Part shown: piece after piece, positions 36,111 to 50,164 of the stretch
How positions within the stretch are numbered: position 1 is the first letter of the stretch
Layout of the letters: each line of letters starts with the position of its first letter
Assembly (NCBI GenBank): GCA_002104905.1
Contig: MCFE01000063.1
Span: 1-64,000, forward strand
Source: Basidiobolus meristosporus CBS 931.73
Taxonomy: Eukaryota > Fungi > Basidiobolomycota
Length of the DNA: 64,000 nucleotides
Direction: 5' to 3'
Notes under the pieces: model-generated
Databases searched by the model: none
What the model was told of the DNA's origin: nothing
What the model saw: only the letters and a program-made list of their open reading frames with translations
Position numbers and translations under genes: made by a program

Positions 36111-38862
36111 ATGCCCCATCGTCGTGTATTGTCCGACCCTACAGAGGGCATACTCAAGCAAGAAAATGGTCACCTAGCCCCGCTGAATGAGAGGATACTT
36201 CACGATTCGCCTATACATGAGGATCTTCCACATTATTCGCCACCTGATGACATTCCTACAAAAGAGCAGCAGCAAGAACAACCAGCAACTGAAGAAAATA
36301 ATAGCAACCATACTACTGCCCAAAACGGCGCTTCCACTTCTCAGCGTGTCAGTAAGCCCAGAAGAATGATAAGCAATTATCAGTTGACTAAAACGCTAGG
36401 TGCTGGAAGCATGGGCAAAGTCAAATTAGGCGTTCACAGTGTGACCGAAGAAAAAGTAAGACATCAGCACCCCTCTTTGAGCAGCTTTTTCTTCAGCAAA
36501 CGAAAATGATTGCATGGACTTTCTGTTGATGATTAATAACACGCATACTTGCTTTAGGTGGCTATCAAAATCATCCCGCGCGGCTCTTCGGATGGTTCCA
36601 AGCGTACCCCGAGTGCTAAAGACGAAAGCAAGGAAATCCGTGTAGCCAGAGAAGCGGCTATTATGACCCTGCTGAATCACCCCAACATAGTCAAAGTGAA
36701 AGAAATGGTTATACGACCTCACCACTACTATTTAATTATGGAGTATGTTAGCGGTGGGCAAATGCTTGATTATATCATTAGTCATGGAAGGTTGAAAGAG
36801 AAGCATGCTAGAAAATTCATAAGACAAATATGCTCGGCAATAGGTAGGAGTTGCGGACCATAGACCACGAACCTCTTAGCTCGTACTAATATCTACTTTT
36901 TGTGAACCGCAGATTACTGTCATCGAAATTCCGTCGTCCATAGAGGTAGTTTCTCGATTAGCGACCAGTTATGTATCTATTACTCACTTTACGTGCCTAC
37001 TAGATTTAAAAATTGAAAATATTTTAATTGCCAACGACGGTTCTATCAAGATTATCGACTTCGGACTTTCCAACTTGTTTTCTCCTCGTTCTCATCTATC
37101 TACTTTCTGTGGTTCGCTATACTTTGCTGCTCCTGAATTGCTTAGTGCAAAAGCGTATACCGGCCCCGAGGTAGACATTTGGAGCATTGGCATTGTATTA
37201 TATGTATTGGTCTGTGGCAAAGTTCCTTTCGATGATCAGAACCAACCTGCCTTGCATGCCAAAATCAAACGAGGTCATGTTGATTACCCCAACTGGCTAA
37301 GCTCAGGTAGAATCAATAATCCTTCCCAATACATCGTTCTTCTTCAGACACTAACTACTCGAGATCTAGATTGTAAGCATCTACTTTCAAGAATTTTGGT
37401 GACCAACCCGTCTGAACGAGCAAACATGTCAGAGATTCTTCGTCACCCATGGATAAGTAAGGGATACGATGGGCCACCAAACAACTACCTGCCTCAAAGA
37501 TCACCTCTTCAGCTTCCCCTAGACATGGATGTTGTACGAGGAATGTCCGGATTTGAGTTTGGTGATGATAACCATATCAAGGAAGAGTTGGAAACCATCA
37601 TCGGCAGTGAATCTTATCAAAATCAAACCATTCAAAGTTCAACATTTAAGCTTCCCCGGTCATTCGGGGGTTATTTGAAGAAGAGCATCACCACGGAAGA
37701 GTCCACCTTTAGCCATCCAATGGTCTCGATATATTACCTGGTTAGGGAGAAGATGGAGCGTAGAAGGGCTCAACAAGACAAATCATGCAGCAGCTCCAAA
37801 ACTCCACCAATTGTGGCTAAACCCAAATCTGCAGCCACCAGGCACTCTTCAGTATCTAACGGCCGAAATGTAATGAGCTATGATACTGGCTTAGAGGAGG
37901 TTCGAAGGGCCGCCGCCGAATATATGCCTCACACATCCTCAGCTAGTGCTAACGAACGAAGATACAGTAAGCCAGCAACATCATCTACGTCAACTGAAAC
38001 TCCTGTCAAACATAAGAGAAGTCAAAGTACAACGGGTGGTGTTTTCAGGCGAATAAGTCTAGCATTAAGATCCGGTCGAGAACACCGTCAACACAGAGAT
38101 GGCGAATCCAACGATAGGGAACGTAACCTCAATGCCATTCCAGAAGCGTCAATTGCCGAGAGTAGTCACAGCCAGGAGATTACCAGCAACCCAACTACTC
38201 CGATGGACTTGTCAAACGCCTCTGAAAGAGTGCAACGCTCGGGCTCTTCAACACTGCCGAATCGGAAGTCGAAATCTGTATGGCTGCCTTCTACCACTGC
38301 ATCACCTCGGAGAGCTGAGGAATTTGAATCCAGGGCAGCTAACCAATCTGGTTCCTCCGAACTTTTCGTCAAGCCAGTATTTTTAAAGGGACTGTTTTCG
38401 GTTGCAACTACAAGTACCAAGAAGCCTCAGGTGATTCGTGCTGATCTGATTCGCGTCCTAAACGAGCTTGGGTATGTGTGGCGCGAAAGCCCCGGTTATT
38501 TTGAATGTACTCAAAAGAGTCGTTCCTCAGATGATACGAGGGTAGGGAATTCGGAACATACCAACTCAATCACTTCCAGCAAATCGACCGACCAAGACGA
38601 AGTTTCATCTGCCAAGTCTCTAGATAACAACCCGAATGTTCCGAGTGTCGACACCTCGCAAACGTCAGCAGTGAACACTACTGAGCATTCGAAGGAACCC
38701 AGGTGCGGTAACCAAGAAACGAATCCCGTGAGATTCCAAATATCTATTGTCAAGATGCGCTGGCTTTTGGGACTTCATGGACTACAATTTAGCCGCCTAT
38801 CTGGCCACCCTTGGGAGTATAAGGACGCATGTCAGCAAATCCTACAAAAGCTGAAATTGTAG
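36111..38862 (+). CDS. KIN1: KIN1/KIN2 (MARK/Par-1) Ser/Thr kinase with C-terminal KA1 domain
   Basis: LGAGSMGKVK, VAIKII, REAAIM.LL.HPNI, VHR|DLKIEN, DFGLSN, TFCGSLYFAAPELL, GPEVDIWS, KPVFLKGLFSVATTSTK and FQISIVK..GLHGLQF. Four introns inferred. Confidence 0.95.
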
Positions 38863-39151
38863 AAGCCAACCTTGATCAGCCTTCGCCTAATTTTTTTGAA
38901 TACTTATTAACATTGAAGTATCGCTAATTATCCACTAATTTACACCCTTCACCCACAAAATTGTAATTTTCTTATAGTCGCGTGTTGTAGTTTTATTTCC
39001 ATCCGTCTATCGACCATTATTCCTCCAACAAAATTCGATAACATGATGACAAAGAACACATAAACTCAGCTTTAAAATCGATTTCTGACATGCACTTAGG
39101 ATCAAACGTGACTGGAGGGGAAGTGACTTTCTGTGAGTGAAATTCCCGGAT

Positions 39152-40345
39152 TTAAAGCTTGGAGCTAGACAGTTTCTGGAGAAGCTCAATGGCTTCTTGA
39201 TGGCATCCTTGAACTATCTGACCGGCTGGCTTCTTGGAGTTTACAAGACCTACTCCACTGCCCGCAAAAATCACCTAAAGACGTTTGATTAGTATGGATC
39301 AAATCAGGTCAGGTTGTACCATACAATACCCCGATATTCGGATCGCCATTAGTCATGGCAGTCTGGAAGTCTGGCTGGAGTTCTTTGGCCTGCGCAGCGG
39401 TAAGCAGTTGCTCGAACTTGCATGTGACTGAGTTTGTCAATGCTCTACCATCATAAACTTCAAGATCCCAAGGTATATCTCGAAGCTGGTCGAAGATTTG
39501 CGTCCGAATGGTTGACTTTCCACCATCCTTCGTGGCGATCACCTTCTGCTTGAAATTTGGGTGGAGCTTACTGAATAGAGCAATAGTTCATAGCTGGCTT
39601 TGAGCGCATTTGCCATACATATATATAAAATACCTTTCATGACTGGCCAGCAGGGATGTCCCCAAGACGACCCCATCTGCTCCCAATGACAACGCCGCAA
39701 CAATTCCCCTTCCATCGATTATCCCACCAGCAGCCAATACAGGAACCTCACCACTTAAGTTGTCCACAATTTCAGGTAGCAGCGTCAGAGTAGAGCCGTT
39801 ATTTTTTGCACCATGGCCGCCCGACTCACTACCTTGACTAACGATTACGTCTGCTCCGTGGTCGGCCATCACGATGGCCTCGGCAACACTTTGCACTTGG
39901 ACGAAGATTCTCGTTTCAGGGGATTGCTCTCGAATAGGCGTAAACCACTTCCGACAGTCGCCAAAAGAGAACCATATCGCCTTGGGTTGATACTTCAGCA
40001 CATCTAGGAGCAAGTGGGGATGTGAATTCAAGTGGAAGGTTATGTATCCAATGCCAAATGGTATTTGCGTCTCGTTGGCTCCCACGTTGAGAGACTTCTT
40101 GGCTTGCTCAATCTCCCCCACCAGAGTTTTCGAGTCCGTCATATACCCTGCAGAAGCAACTGTGTTATCACTCTGGGCATCTCTATTGACCACACACTAT
40201 CTGGTGAATTACCTGCGGCAATGAAGCCCAAGCCACCCGCCTTGGTCACCTCCGCTGCCAGGGCGTGGCCAGATACACCGGCCATCGGGGCCCCAACAAT
40301 AGGGATTTTCAGCTTGAATAACGAGGAAAATATAGCTTTCGACAT
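39152..40345 (-). CDS. Nitronate monooxygenase / 2-nitropropane dioxygenase family (FMN)
   Basis: PIVGAPMAGVSG..LAAEV..AGGLGFIAAG, QGSESGGHG, VLAAGGI.DGRG, LGADGV.LGT and a spliced last exon VIFAGSGVGLV ending TAA at 39152. Confidence 0.9.
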
Positions 40346-40893
40346 GGTGTTGACCTCAGAAAAATAAGTTTCTGTTACCACGGCCCATCCTCTCATTTAT
40401 CTCGATTTTCTAAGCCCCATTCGAACCATTTGCTAATTTACTCATTGGGCGGTCTCATTGCGGAATCAATTTCTGTGCACATGGCATGGTATGACAAGTA
40501 TTCACATGCGGAGCTCGAGTCAACTGTAGTAAATGTGAATGACATTCGTATATTCCCAGGCACCATGATTGGCCCCGCTTGAAGATGCCGTGCCGTCAAG
40601 TGCCATGAAGGGATATAAATGGGTTCGATGGAGGTATAATGTGAGCCCACGAACTATGATCTCACTGGGAACAAACCACTGCTCCATCTACAACCAGATT
40701 TTTAAGAAATCATCTTGCGATAGCAATCAGTGTAATCTTAAATCAATGGTTTTATTTACCAATGGTTCGGCTAGAGAGGGATTTCCAGTGATTTATGGGT
40801 CAACGTAATCATAATGCGATAAAAGGCCAAGTCGGCTAGCATTTGTTGCTCAACAGTGACCTACAACCACTGTCTATTATTACCAACCAAACA

Positions 40894-43088
40894 ATGTCGG
40901 GCTTTGCAAAGCGAGATTCCGAAGTGGATGATATCAGAGAGAAGGCAGAGCAGTTGTTTGCCAATCTAACCAACCAGAGTTCTTACTCGAGTGGATACAT
41001 TACCGAAACTTCCGATAGCAGTTTGCTCAGTATGTATATTGCTACGTGAACCCGGAGCGTTTCCAGCGTATTGACCTCAAGCCTTGTTTTCTAGGCGTTA
41101 CTTATGTAAGCTCGCAACGCGATGATGTCAGACAAGCTAGACGTAAGGCTCTCAATACTCTGGTGGTCTCCCAAGATGCAGTGGGAAGGCCCAACATAGT
41201 CCATCGAAACGCCGCTGTCGATGTCGGTGATGTCAGCTTGCAGGCACGCTCCCCCTCGGGAAAATCGAATGGCATATTACGAACCATCAATACCTCAAAA
41301 GGGGAGAAGAAGCGCTATGTAGAGATATGGAAGGACAATCACCTAAGGCTCAATGTTGAGGTAACCAAGGTGCACGGCGACTTTTACACAGACGCAACGT
41401 TTGGGGCTTTATCCTGGTCCGCGGATGAAAGCAAGCTGGTGTATGTTGCTGAGAGAAATATCCCGGACGATTCCAAGGTGAAGTTTGACCTAAAGCTTGA
41501 TTGGGGTGAGCGTTTCAACAAGAAAGGTCTCCCTGTTCTTGTTCTTCTCGAGATACAAGAGGGTGAAGTAAAGCCATTGGAGCTGGAGTATCATGGGTCA
41601 CCAGGGCAACCAATCTTCAATCCCGATGGGAAGATCATTTTCACTGGCTACGAAACTGAGCCTCGATTATATGGCATCGTTTTCTGCCACAATAGAAGAA
41701 CTGCCATATACCAAGTGAACACTGATGGTACAGATCTACGTATGCTGAGTGACGAATCTTCTTCGGTTAGGTCCCCTCGACTAAGCCCTGATGGACGTAC
41801 CTTAGTGTACCTGAGAAATGGCGCTGGTGGTCCTCACAACATGTGTACCAGTCTGGTCAAATATGATCTAGCCTCCCAAAGCACTAGCGTGCTCACCGAG
41901 GTGGTTTCTGAGGCCAAACCCCAAGAATTCCCTGGGCTATTTGTGGACCAATTGCCTAAATACTGTTGGATCACTCTCAATAACGCTACCCACTTGGTGT
42001 GCCATACTTTGTGGAGAAGTCGCAAGACCATCATCGGGATCAACTTCAATACGGGCGAAGTCGTCAACTTGACTCCTGAAGAAGAAAGTGGCTCGTGGAC
42101 CGTGTTGTACGCCCACGAAACAAGGCTTTTGGCCACCAAGAGCTCACCCCTATCTCCCTCCACCTTGGTGTTGGGCAAGGTCGCTCAAAACGAAAGCTAC
42201 GTTCAGTGGCACGACCTGGAGGAGGCAGAGCTTTACAATGCTGAAAAGATCTTGGCCAAGCTAAAATGGGAGCTCTATCGGTTCCCCGAGCGCAGCGAGA
42301 GCTTGGAGGTTATCTTCGTCAAGACCAAACCTGAGGAACAGAGCGCCACACTAATCAGTGGAGAGAAACCCGCCTTGATTCTATTTCCGCACGGGGGCCC
42401 TCATTCAGCCTTTACTACCGAGTATTCCGCCTATGCCGCTGGTCTAGCCAGCCTAGGGTTTGGCGTTGCAATGATCAATTATACCGGATCCGTCGGGTTT
42501 GGCCAAAGCAACATAGATGCGTTGATTGGGAGGATAGGTGATCTGGAGGTGGAGGAAGTGCATTTCGTCGGAAAGAGGTTGATCGAGCTTGGCGAAGTAG
42601 GCCCTGAACGAAAGTGCTTGTTTGGTGGATCTCACGGTGGATTCATCTCCACACATCTGGTTGGCCGGTACCCAGATTACTATCAGGCTTGTGTTGTGCG
42701 TAATCCAGTGATAAACATAGGCGAGATGGTAAACAAAACGGACATTCCGGATTGGTGTTTTGCTGAGTTGGGAGAAACATATCAATTTAGCACACCAAAT
42801 GTAGTCACACCTGAATTGTACAAACAAATGTTCGAATCATCACCAATCAACAACATCCACCAAGTGAGAACTCCAACATTGCTTCTGCTCGGAGAGGGCG
42901 ACAGGCGGGTTCCACCCGAGCAGGGGCTGAACTGGTGGTATCACCTGAGATCCAAGAAGGACCTCGAAATCGATTTGAAGATGTTCCCAGACACGGGCCA
43001 TTCGTTAGACAGCATGGATGCCGAGAAGTTTGGTTTCATCGAATTGTCGACCTTCTTTTCAAAGCGTTTTGCCTCTGCCTCCAGCTAA
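40894..43088 (+). CDS. APEH: Acylamino-acid-releasing enzyme (peptidase S9C)
   Basis: DWGE, PHGGPH, INYTGSVGFGQ, nucleophile GGSHGG, RNPVIN, DIPDW, catalytic Asp (DRRVP) and His (GHSL). One intron near the 5' end. Confidence 0.92.
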
Positions 43089-44108
43089 AACGTGCAAGGA
43101 TGATTAGTGCCCTCATCAATGCCGTGTTGTGAAGCAACCTGAGTGATTTTATGGTCCTGCCATTTGGCTCACAATAAAGCAATAGATTGTTCTAAGCACC
43201 AATCCAGTTGTATCCCCAGCCCCTAGCACCATAGCACCTGCCATCCAGCGCTTGGACGGCAGCCGAAGGAACCTCATGTAGATTCATTGATCGGACAGCG
43301 TTCCATAAATGCGAGTGTAGGGCTTGAAGAATTTTCCCCAATTGCAAGATTTGTTGCAGATTAAGATTACTATTCTCAAGCATTGTGCACAGAAGCCGAG
43401 TGGAAATTTCGATGCAATAGGAGTGTGTCCGAGAGCATGCAATTTAATGAGAGGACCCGTCAGGCAGCGGTTCGGTTAAAGGGGCTCCACATTACCTATG
43501 CATCACAAGGTGGCACGAGTGCATCGACCGCAAGGCAACCCACCAGAACACAACGGTTATGGGGAGGAGCAGCTCTACTCACTGGTGATTTCGAAAGGAT
43601 AGCTACATGCCACCACACTGTCGTTTAAAGCCAGGGATGTCTATCAACCCACATAGCATCTGATGCCCAAGAACTAGACTGCGTCCAGGATTTGAGGACC
43701 CATTTATTCCCATACTCAACCACGCACCATTTTTACCAACTGATTTGGTTTTTGCTGGATAATGATCAGTCTCTAGCAGGCATAGAGAAGGCAAAAATGC
43801 ATAAGGGATATGTGCAAAAATGATGGGCTTCGCATTGATGAGAACCATATGGAGGTAGTTAAGGGTATCGCTGAAGAACGCTACATACTAGGTGCTAGTC
43901 TTCGATTCTGTACATGAAGAAGGTATCTATATTACAAATTTGGCATCCGCCGGCATCATACTCGAGTGACAATGCGAAGCGGGAAGTGCCGCAGCCCCAT
44001 ACAAAAGATGCTCGCTTGCGAGTAAGTCTGGCAGTACCTGGTAGAGTGGTGGTTAGTCAAACAGCACGCGGCCCATCCATTCTTTGATTGCACCCTGCCC
44101 ATACCTTT

Positions 44109-44480
44109 CTAGGCGCGGAGGACTCTGGGAGTCAGAGAGAATCGTAATGTAGGCTCCCAAGCCTCCTCAATCAAGAACCCGTTGCTTAGGATCTCCTCAA
44201 AGTTCTCCATTTGCTTTAAGGTCCCTTTGGCATCCTCAAACTCCAGACTATCCAGAACGAAATTGTTCAACTCGGGCTGCCCGGTGCAGGCCGCACACTG
44301 GCATTGTTCCGAGGCGGCTGGCCCCTCTTCAGGTTTGGTTCGGTTGAAGATTTTTCGAAATATCTTCCCTACAGATTTGCGAAGCTTCAAACGAGGTTGT
44401 TTCTCGCCGTCCAACGGATAGGAGTGTAAGGAGTTGCCTTCCGACGATTTTTGCTTCGATTTAAACAGTGAGGCACGCAT
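44109..44480 (-). CDS. Small hypothetical protein ending in TLRFSLTP
   Basis: Intact 123-codon ORF from ATG 44480 with a basic N-half, an acidic segment and a terminal F-E-E-I-L..T-L-R-F-S-L-T-P motif. Confidence 0.55.
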   Translation of the reverse strand: MRASLFKSKQKSSEGNSLHSYPLDGEKQPRLKLRKSVGKIFRKIFNRTKPEEGPAASEQCQCAACTGQPELNNFVLDSLEFEDAKGTLKQMENFEEILSNGFLIEEAWEPTLRFSLTPRVLRA

Positions 44481-45245
44481 GATGGTGGACAGCAACCACG
44501 ATTCTGCTCGACTTCGGAGTAGCGGAAAGTCAAGAGCGATATAGCGATCGGAGAAAGCCTTTGTGGGATTGGCCCTTTCAGGATAAAGGAAACTGAAACA
44601 ATATTGTGAAACTGGTGGAGGAGCGAACGCGGATATATATAGTTATTTACATGTAGCGGATTTGAAATCTAGGGGAATGCAGTAGCAATATCATCTACAC
44701 AAATGCTGCCTATGCTCATACAGCTTACATGCCTCAGCGTTGAGATTTTATTTGCTAAGTACCATTGATGAGTAAACTTCCTTGAGGTAAACAACTCGCT
44801 GTTCGTTTACGCATTATGTAAGGAGTATAGGTTTGATATTCGGATACAAATTCTCCAACACTCACATTAAGTTTGCATCTCGTGCTGCCTACCTCGCTGT
44901 ACCTGGACTTATTTATACTCATTGCTGGGTTACTGGGTTTTGTCGACAGCATTTTGCATCCCTATTTCTGATGTGTTTGCAAGGATCGGACTGGGATGGT
45001 GGAATTGCGACCAGAATTACAGAAGATTGACAATCAAATTCGCGATTAGTGTTGCTCCCAAAGCGCATGAGCAACGAGTACATGAACGCTTGAATGTCCA
45101 CCATTAATTAATTAATTTTAACAAATCAATTTGGTTGGAATTTTGGATTTATTTTGCTTAGATCATGTTCATTTACATATTGAAGGGGAGGGGGTGAAAA
45201 TCCGAGGAGATTATATGAACAATTCTCAACTACACGAGAGCGTGA

Positions 45246-46358
45246 TTATTCCAGAGTGGACTTGAAGCGATAAGTCTTGGTATCCTCTGGGAATCTGCAG
45301 CCCAGCTCTTCAAGCTTAACGAATGCTTTGGCGAAGTCCTCGAAAAATTTGTCGTTGTCTTTGGCATAAATAACCGTGTACTTTTTGAATCTAGAGTCTT
45401 TGACGAGCTCCATATCGGTTGGAAGCATCATTAACTCACCTGTGGACTTGTCAACATACTGGAATGGCCCATTCCATTTCTTAGGTACCCACTGCTCTTC
45501 AAGTAGAAGTCGATAGTATTCGTTCGTGAGCATGGTGGGCGAGGTAGTCCATGGACCTTCGAATCCTGAACGGTCGTGGTGGCAACGTCCCAATGCATGA
45601 GCCCCTGAAAGAGCAACTATTTCCTGATCATTGAAACCCATTCGGTAAAAGATGTCACGAATGTGGCTAGCATCCTTGGCTCCATCAGGTAATCTACCAT
45701 CTGGAGTACAATCGTTGGCGGAGAGCTTATCAGTACGGCCGGGTCTCCATGGAATGGTTGGACCGCCCATTTCTTGCACGGCCACCACTCCAGCCAATGA
45801 CCATAAGTCAGAGTAGCTGATGTCGGGGTACTTCTTTTTGATGGCTTCCAACTTTTTACGAGCTACTCCTAACCCAGCATTGCCACCATGTTCGGACTCA
45901 GGTCTGAATCTCATCGTGGCTCCATTGGACCCGCCACTACCGTCGGCCTTGTTGTATGTGCCGGACGCATGCCATGCCAACCGGAGCAATACAGGACCAA
46001 AAGACCCGTCGTCATAGTCATTATCTTCAAGGATGTCAGCGATATCATTGTAGATTGCTTGGTAATCCAGGTTATTTTTTTGCTTGGTCTCCACATTAAC
46101 ACCTGGGTTACTCTTTGGGGACGAGAGAGGGGCGACTTTGCCAGGAGGAGTCATCATGTAGTAGCCGGCAACGCCAGCCCCAGCAAATGCCAAGGCCCAG
46201 AGCATTGGGCTTGAACCACTCTTCTTGGCTGGGCCAGAGGAGTATCCACGGATCATTGAGCGCATTGCAGAATTACGGGAGGTGCCGAATAAGGCAGCGC
46301 TGGCAGCTCGGCTTGGGCTGGCTAGAACTGAGGGGCGACAAACAATACGAAAAGCCAT
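45246..46358 (-). CDS. CCP1: Mitochondrial cytochrome c peroxidase (class I heme peroxidase)
   Basis: Intronless 370-aa ORF with presequence and TM segment, [45 protein letters not shown] and LMMLPTD. Confidence 0.96.
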   Translation of the reverse strand: MAFRIVCRPSVLASPSRAASAALFGTSRNSAMRSMIRGYSSGPAKKSGSSPMLWALAFAGAGVAGYYMMTPPGKVAPLSSPKSNPGVNVETKQKNNLDYQAIYNDIADILEDNDYDDGSFGPVLLRLAWHASGTYNKADGSGGSNGATMRFRPESEHGGNAGLGVARKKLEAIKKKYPDISYSDLWSLAGVVAVQEMGGPTIPWRPGRTDKLSANDCTPDGRLPDGAKDASHIRDIFYRMGFNDQEIVALSGAHALGRCHHDRSGFEGPWTTSPTMLTNEYYRLLLEEQWVPKKWNGPFQYVDKSTGELMMLPTDMELVKDSRFKKYTVIYAKDNDKFFEDFAKAFVKLEELGCRFPEDTKTYRFKSTLE

Positions 46359-46817
46359 GATGGATTGAAAATGAAAAAGAACTATCTATCTGATGCAACG
46401 TGCACAAATCGTCCAGGTAAGAGTGAACCTTGATTACGAAGCGGCCGGCAAGACCCTATTTATAGTGGAGACAAATAGATATTATTTCTATCAAATGGAG
46501 CCCCGCGCAAATATGCATGTGGGATATATTCACATCGTCCTAAACCCAAGCGTATACGTAACCTATACCCAAGATTCTGATATGGAATTTAAAATTCAAT
46601 CAAAAGCCAGCGATTGATCCTGTGTGGCTTGAGGCACATCACTCACCCACCTCAATGCGAGGATAATTATCCAAGCATTGTGATCATTTCCACCTTCAGA
46701 GAATTATCGTGGTGTTGGGTCCTAGGTTTCCCATGCGAAATGGATGCCAATGGTATATGCTGGTTCCAGTATCAAGAAATCCAGGTCTATCTGTTTACAG
46801 ACCGATTGTAGATACCA

Positions 46818-46827
46818 GTGACGTCAC
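46818..46827. promoter_or_regulatory. Possible ATF/CREB (CRE) site GTGACGTCAC upstream of CCP1
   Basis: Perfect 10-bp palindrome containing TGACGTCA, with a TGACG half-site at 46831, about 460 bp upstream of the CCP1 ATG. Confidence 0.3.
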
Positions 46828-47598
46828 CACTGACGCAGATCCATCGTTTTCATATGGCTGATATAGGATTGTTGTATGGAAGAATAATGTCAACCCGGCC
46901 TCACTTGATTATCGTTGATCAAGACTTATTTAGCTGAGAACACCTCATCATGATGACTCTCGGGGACTGGGCTCAAAGTAATGATGCCTCATTTTTCCTT
47001 TCAGATTGCCAGCCAAACGCACATTGGCCTGGTGGATTAAAGCTTTGCTACAGATGAGGATCCATATTTCCATTCGTCATCTATTGTGTGGGTCGAACAT
47101 GTGGTACTAAGTACAATCCGTTGACTCAGTAAATCTGACTCCAAACCAATGGTGGCTTAGAAACGGGGTATTACTAAAACATCGATTTTTCATCAGCTGA
47201 AACCTGGCTATTTACGTTGTACGTACACACTACATTCATGAGATCGGGTCGTGTTGGCAATAATTCAGCTCCAATTGGGCAAGCAGCTGTCTCAGCTGGG
47301 TTTGTCAACCCAAGTTTTCTTGAAGGGCTACATGTTGTTGAGTAGCTCTTCTCGGTGGTGTGGGTAGTCAGTGTTAAACAGGATCTTTCCTAGCGGTGTG
47401 GGCCGGTCGTGTTTTATTGCTAGCCATGGCATTGATCTGTTTCAGAGCTCGGGGCACCGCAGTATATCTTTACTCATTCTAATGCAAGCTTCTGACCATC
47501 AAATATGGCATTTATTGTGATACACCTTAGCAGCATCCTACACTGTACACTCATTTATTGAGATTTAGTAGAAGAGCATGCAGCTCCATATCCAGCGG

Positions 47599-48864
47599 CT
47601 ATGGGTTTTTCGTTGGATCCCAACCTAAGGGGAGAGGTGTCAGTCTAACTTCTTGGCCGAGATGATGTTCTCCATTGCGCAGCTGACCTGTTGTGAAGTA
47701 TTCGTCGCAGCTGTCCAGCAATTTCATATCGGCATCGTCTAGTTCGAAGTCAAAAATCTCTGCGTTGCTTTTGATTCTCACCTCCTTGTCTGATTTCGGA
47801 AAAACAATATAGCCATGCTGAAGTGACCATCGCAAGAGAATTTGGGCAGGGTCTTTGGAGTGCTTCGATGCAATATTTACCAATCTCTCATCGTTCAGTT
47901 TCCTCCCTTTGGCTAATGGCGAATAAGCCTCCACAGCTATATTGAGTTTTCTACAGTATTCCACCAACTCCACCCGGGTCAACCACGGATGGATCTGATG
48001 AGAGACATTCAGGTTGAACGATAAATATCCCAAATGAAATTGTACTAAATTTACCTCAATCTGGTTTATAACTGGTCTGATAGTGCAATACTCCAACAAT
48101 TCATCCAGGTGATGTTTTCCGTAGTTAGAAACCCCTATGTAAGAATGCCGGTCAACAATTTCGAATAATCCACGAGGCATCACAGAAATCAAACCGATAT
48201 TCCGAATAAGCCCTTTCTTCACCAACTCTTCCAATGCCTGCCAGCTCTCTTTTCTCTTCCTTGGGCCTGGGTTGGGCGAGTGCAACAAATAAAGGTCTAG
48301 GTAATCTAAGCCCAGGAGCCTCAGGCTGTTGTTGAAAGCTGTCATAGTGCTCTCATAGCCTTGATCACAATTGTTCAATTTCGTCGAAATAAAAACCTAT
48401 AAAACATGAGCTGCGAGTTGAGCGTATTTCACATGGGTCTTGAGGATTCGTTGCTTCAGTACCTCTTCTCGGGGAATACCACTAATCAATATGTCAGTAG
48501 GGCTGACGGAAAGCAGACATGTGCAGCTCTAACCTCTTTCGTAATGCCTCGCCAACATCTTTCTCATTTCTGTACCCAGCTGCTGTATCGATCAGTCTGT
48601 ATCCCGCCTAACGGTGAATTTCGTAAACCTGGATTGACTTGAGTAGCAAAGTAATTGCGAACCAACCTTCAGCGCGATCAGAACCGCATTTTCAGCAACT
48701 TCTCCTGGCTTGGCCTGGTAAACCCCCAAACCGAATTGTGGTATAGTGTTACCATTGCTCAAACTCAACTTGGAACGGATAGACAACATTTTTGTGGGTT
48801 GGAAATAGGAATAGCTTAAGAATGCCAGAAACAGGGCAAAGCCGGCGCTAATTATCCTTCTCAT
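47599..48864 (-). CDS. Aldo-keto reductase (AKR5/2,5-DKG reductase-like), multi-exon
   Basis: Spliced IPQFGLG, GYRLIDTA..Y.NE, ISTKL, DYLDLYLLHSP, GVSNY, NQIE, EAYSPL and PKS....RI.SN; the D/Y/K/H tetrad is present. Start at 48864 or 48789. Confidence 0.9.
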
Positions 48865-49754
48865 ATTGAAGCAACAAATCTACGATTACCCTGCACGATG
48901 ATCTACTGTTCGTCCTAAGCCACCTAGATTTTCATGCCAGCTCAGGCTAAGCCAGGTTTCCGCCGGAATACTATAGCAAGCAATGGAATATAAAGCACGA
49001 TGGAGCGGTGCTAATTGCATCATTTGAACAAAGCATCGATGATGAAATCATTTTGCACTCATGTGCCATCAACGGACGGGGGTTGGGTGAGTGATCGTCA
49101 ATCGGCCAAATATTCCCCGCTGAATCTAGAGAGGGTTCGATTTAATTACTCAAAGGATGCACAAGAATGGTAATCTGTCCCGATCTCGGCCGTAATTCGC
49201 AACAAAATCAAGAGTCTGAAGAGGTTAAAAGGCGAAGCAGATGATGTTTCGTCCGCTCGTGCCAAGCGGTGCACGATGCTAGGATAATGAGCGAGTCGGC
49301 TCTTTCCTACTCAAACGTCTATTTAGGTCGCAATCTCGAGAACGAGATGTGAAAAGGAAAATCTACAAAGGCATTCTCCTTGAATGCTCCCAATCAATAA
49401 ACACATGTCACATGAGTCTGCGGAGAGAATTCTCATCTGAATCGTGATGACCAATCAGATCCAGCGACTGACGGGAGCTCGTCATTACGCTAGGAGAAAT
49501 CCCGAAACATTCAGCCGTTCGTTTCTTTTCGTAGGCATTGTCAAGCGAATCGAATCAATTGATGGTTTAGTTTCAGTAGCACCTAGATGGCATATCTATT
49601 TCTCGTGTATGGCCGCTAAGCCTACTTGGTATTTAAATCATGTGTTTTGGATGGTCTCTTCAAATTCCCTTCGGTTCCAGTATTTAGTATTTCAAGTAGC
49701 ACCCTATATTCAGCTTTCTAGCAGAAAGTAGTCTCAAATCAACGCAATTTCCCA

Positions 49755-50164
49755 ATGTTGGTGATACAGCAATTCTTCCTGGCCCTGCCAGTTCTTATCT
49801 TAGGTAAATATCTCTGGAATACTGTACGGTCCATACCGTTGTTAATAAATCTCTTTGGGACATAGCTTACTATTTGGTACGTCGGTTTCTCCTTAAACGA
49901 GGGTACCACCCTGTAAGCGGAAGAACTTTCCTTGAGGATCTCGAGAACGGGCTCAATAGCGAAAACTTCGACATCATCCAAAACATTGAGAGTGGCGATT
50001 CCCGACCCGGTCTCGACAGCGAAGAAATCCAAAAGATCATGAAGAAGCACAGCTGCACTTTTGACGAAGCACGAGTGATCAGACAAAAAACGAAATTCCA
50101 AAGCAACAACATAGATCCAGCCACCGGCATGCCCCTAGACCCCAAAGCGGTTATCTTCGGTTAG
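49755..50164 (+). CDS. DUF2015-like small fungal membrane protein (2 exons)
   Basis: Hydrophobic exon 49755-49803, intron 49804-49865, then TFLEDLENGLNSENFDI..NIESGDSRPGLD...IMKK...FDEAR......F..NNI...G.PLDPK. Confidence 0.75.

Noticed and set aside
38099-46214. Numerous antisense and alternate-frame ORFs overlapping KIN1, NMO, APEH and CCP1
   Set aside because: Typical shadow ORFs of real coding sequence, with no independent motifs.
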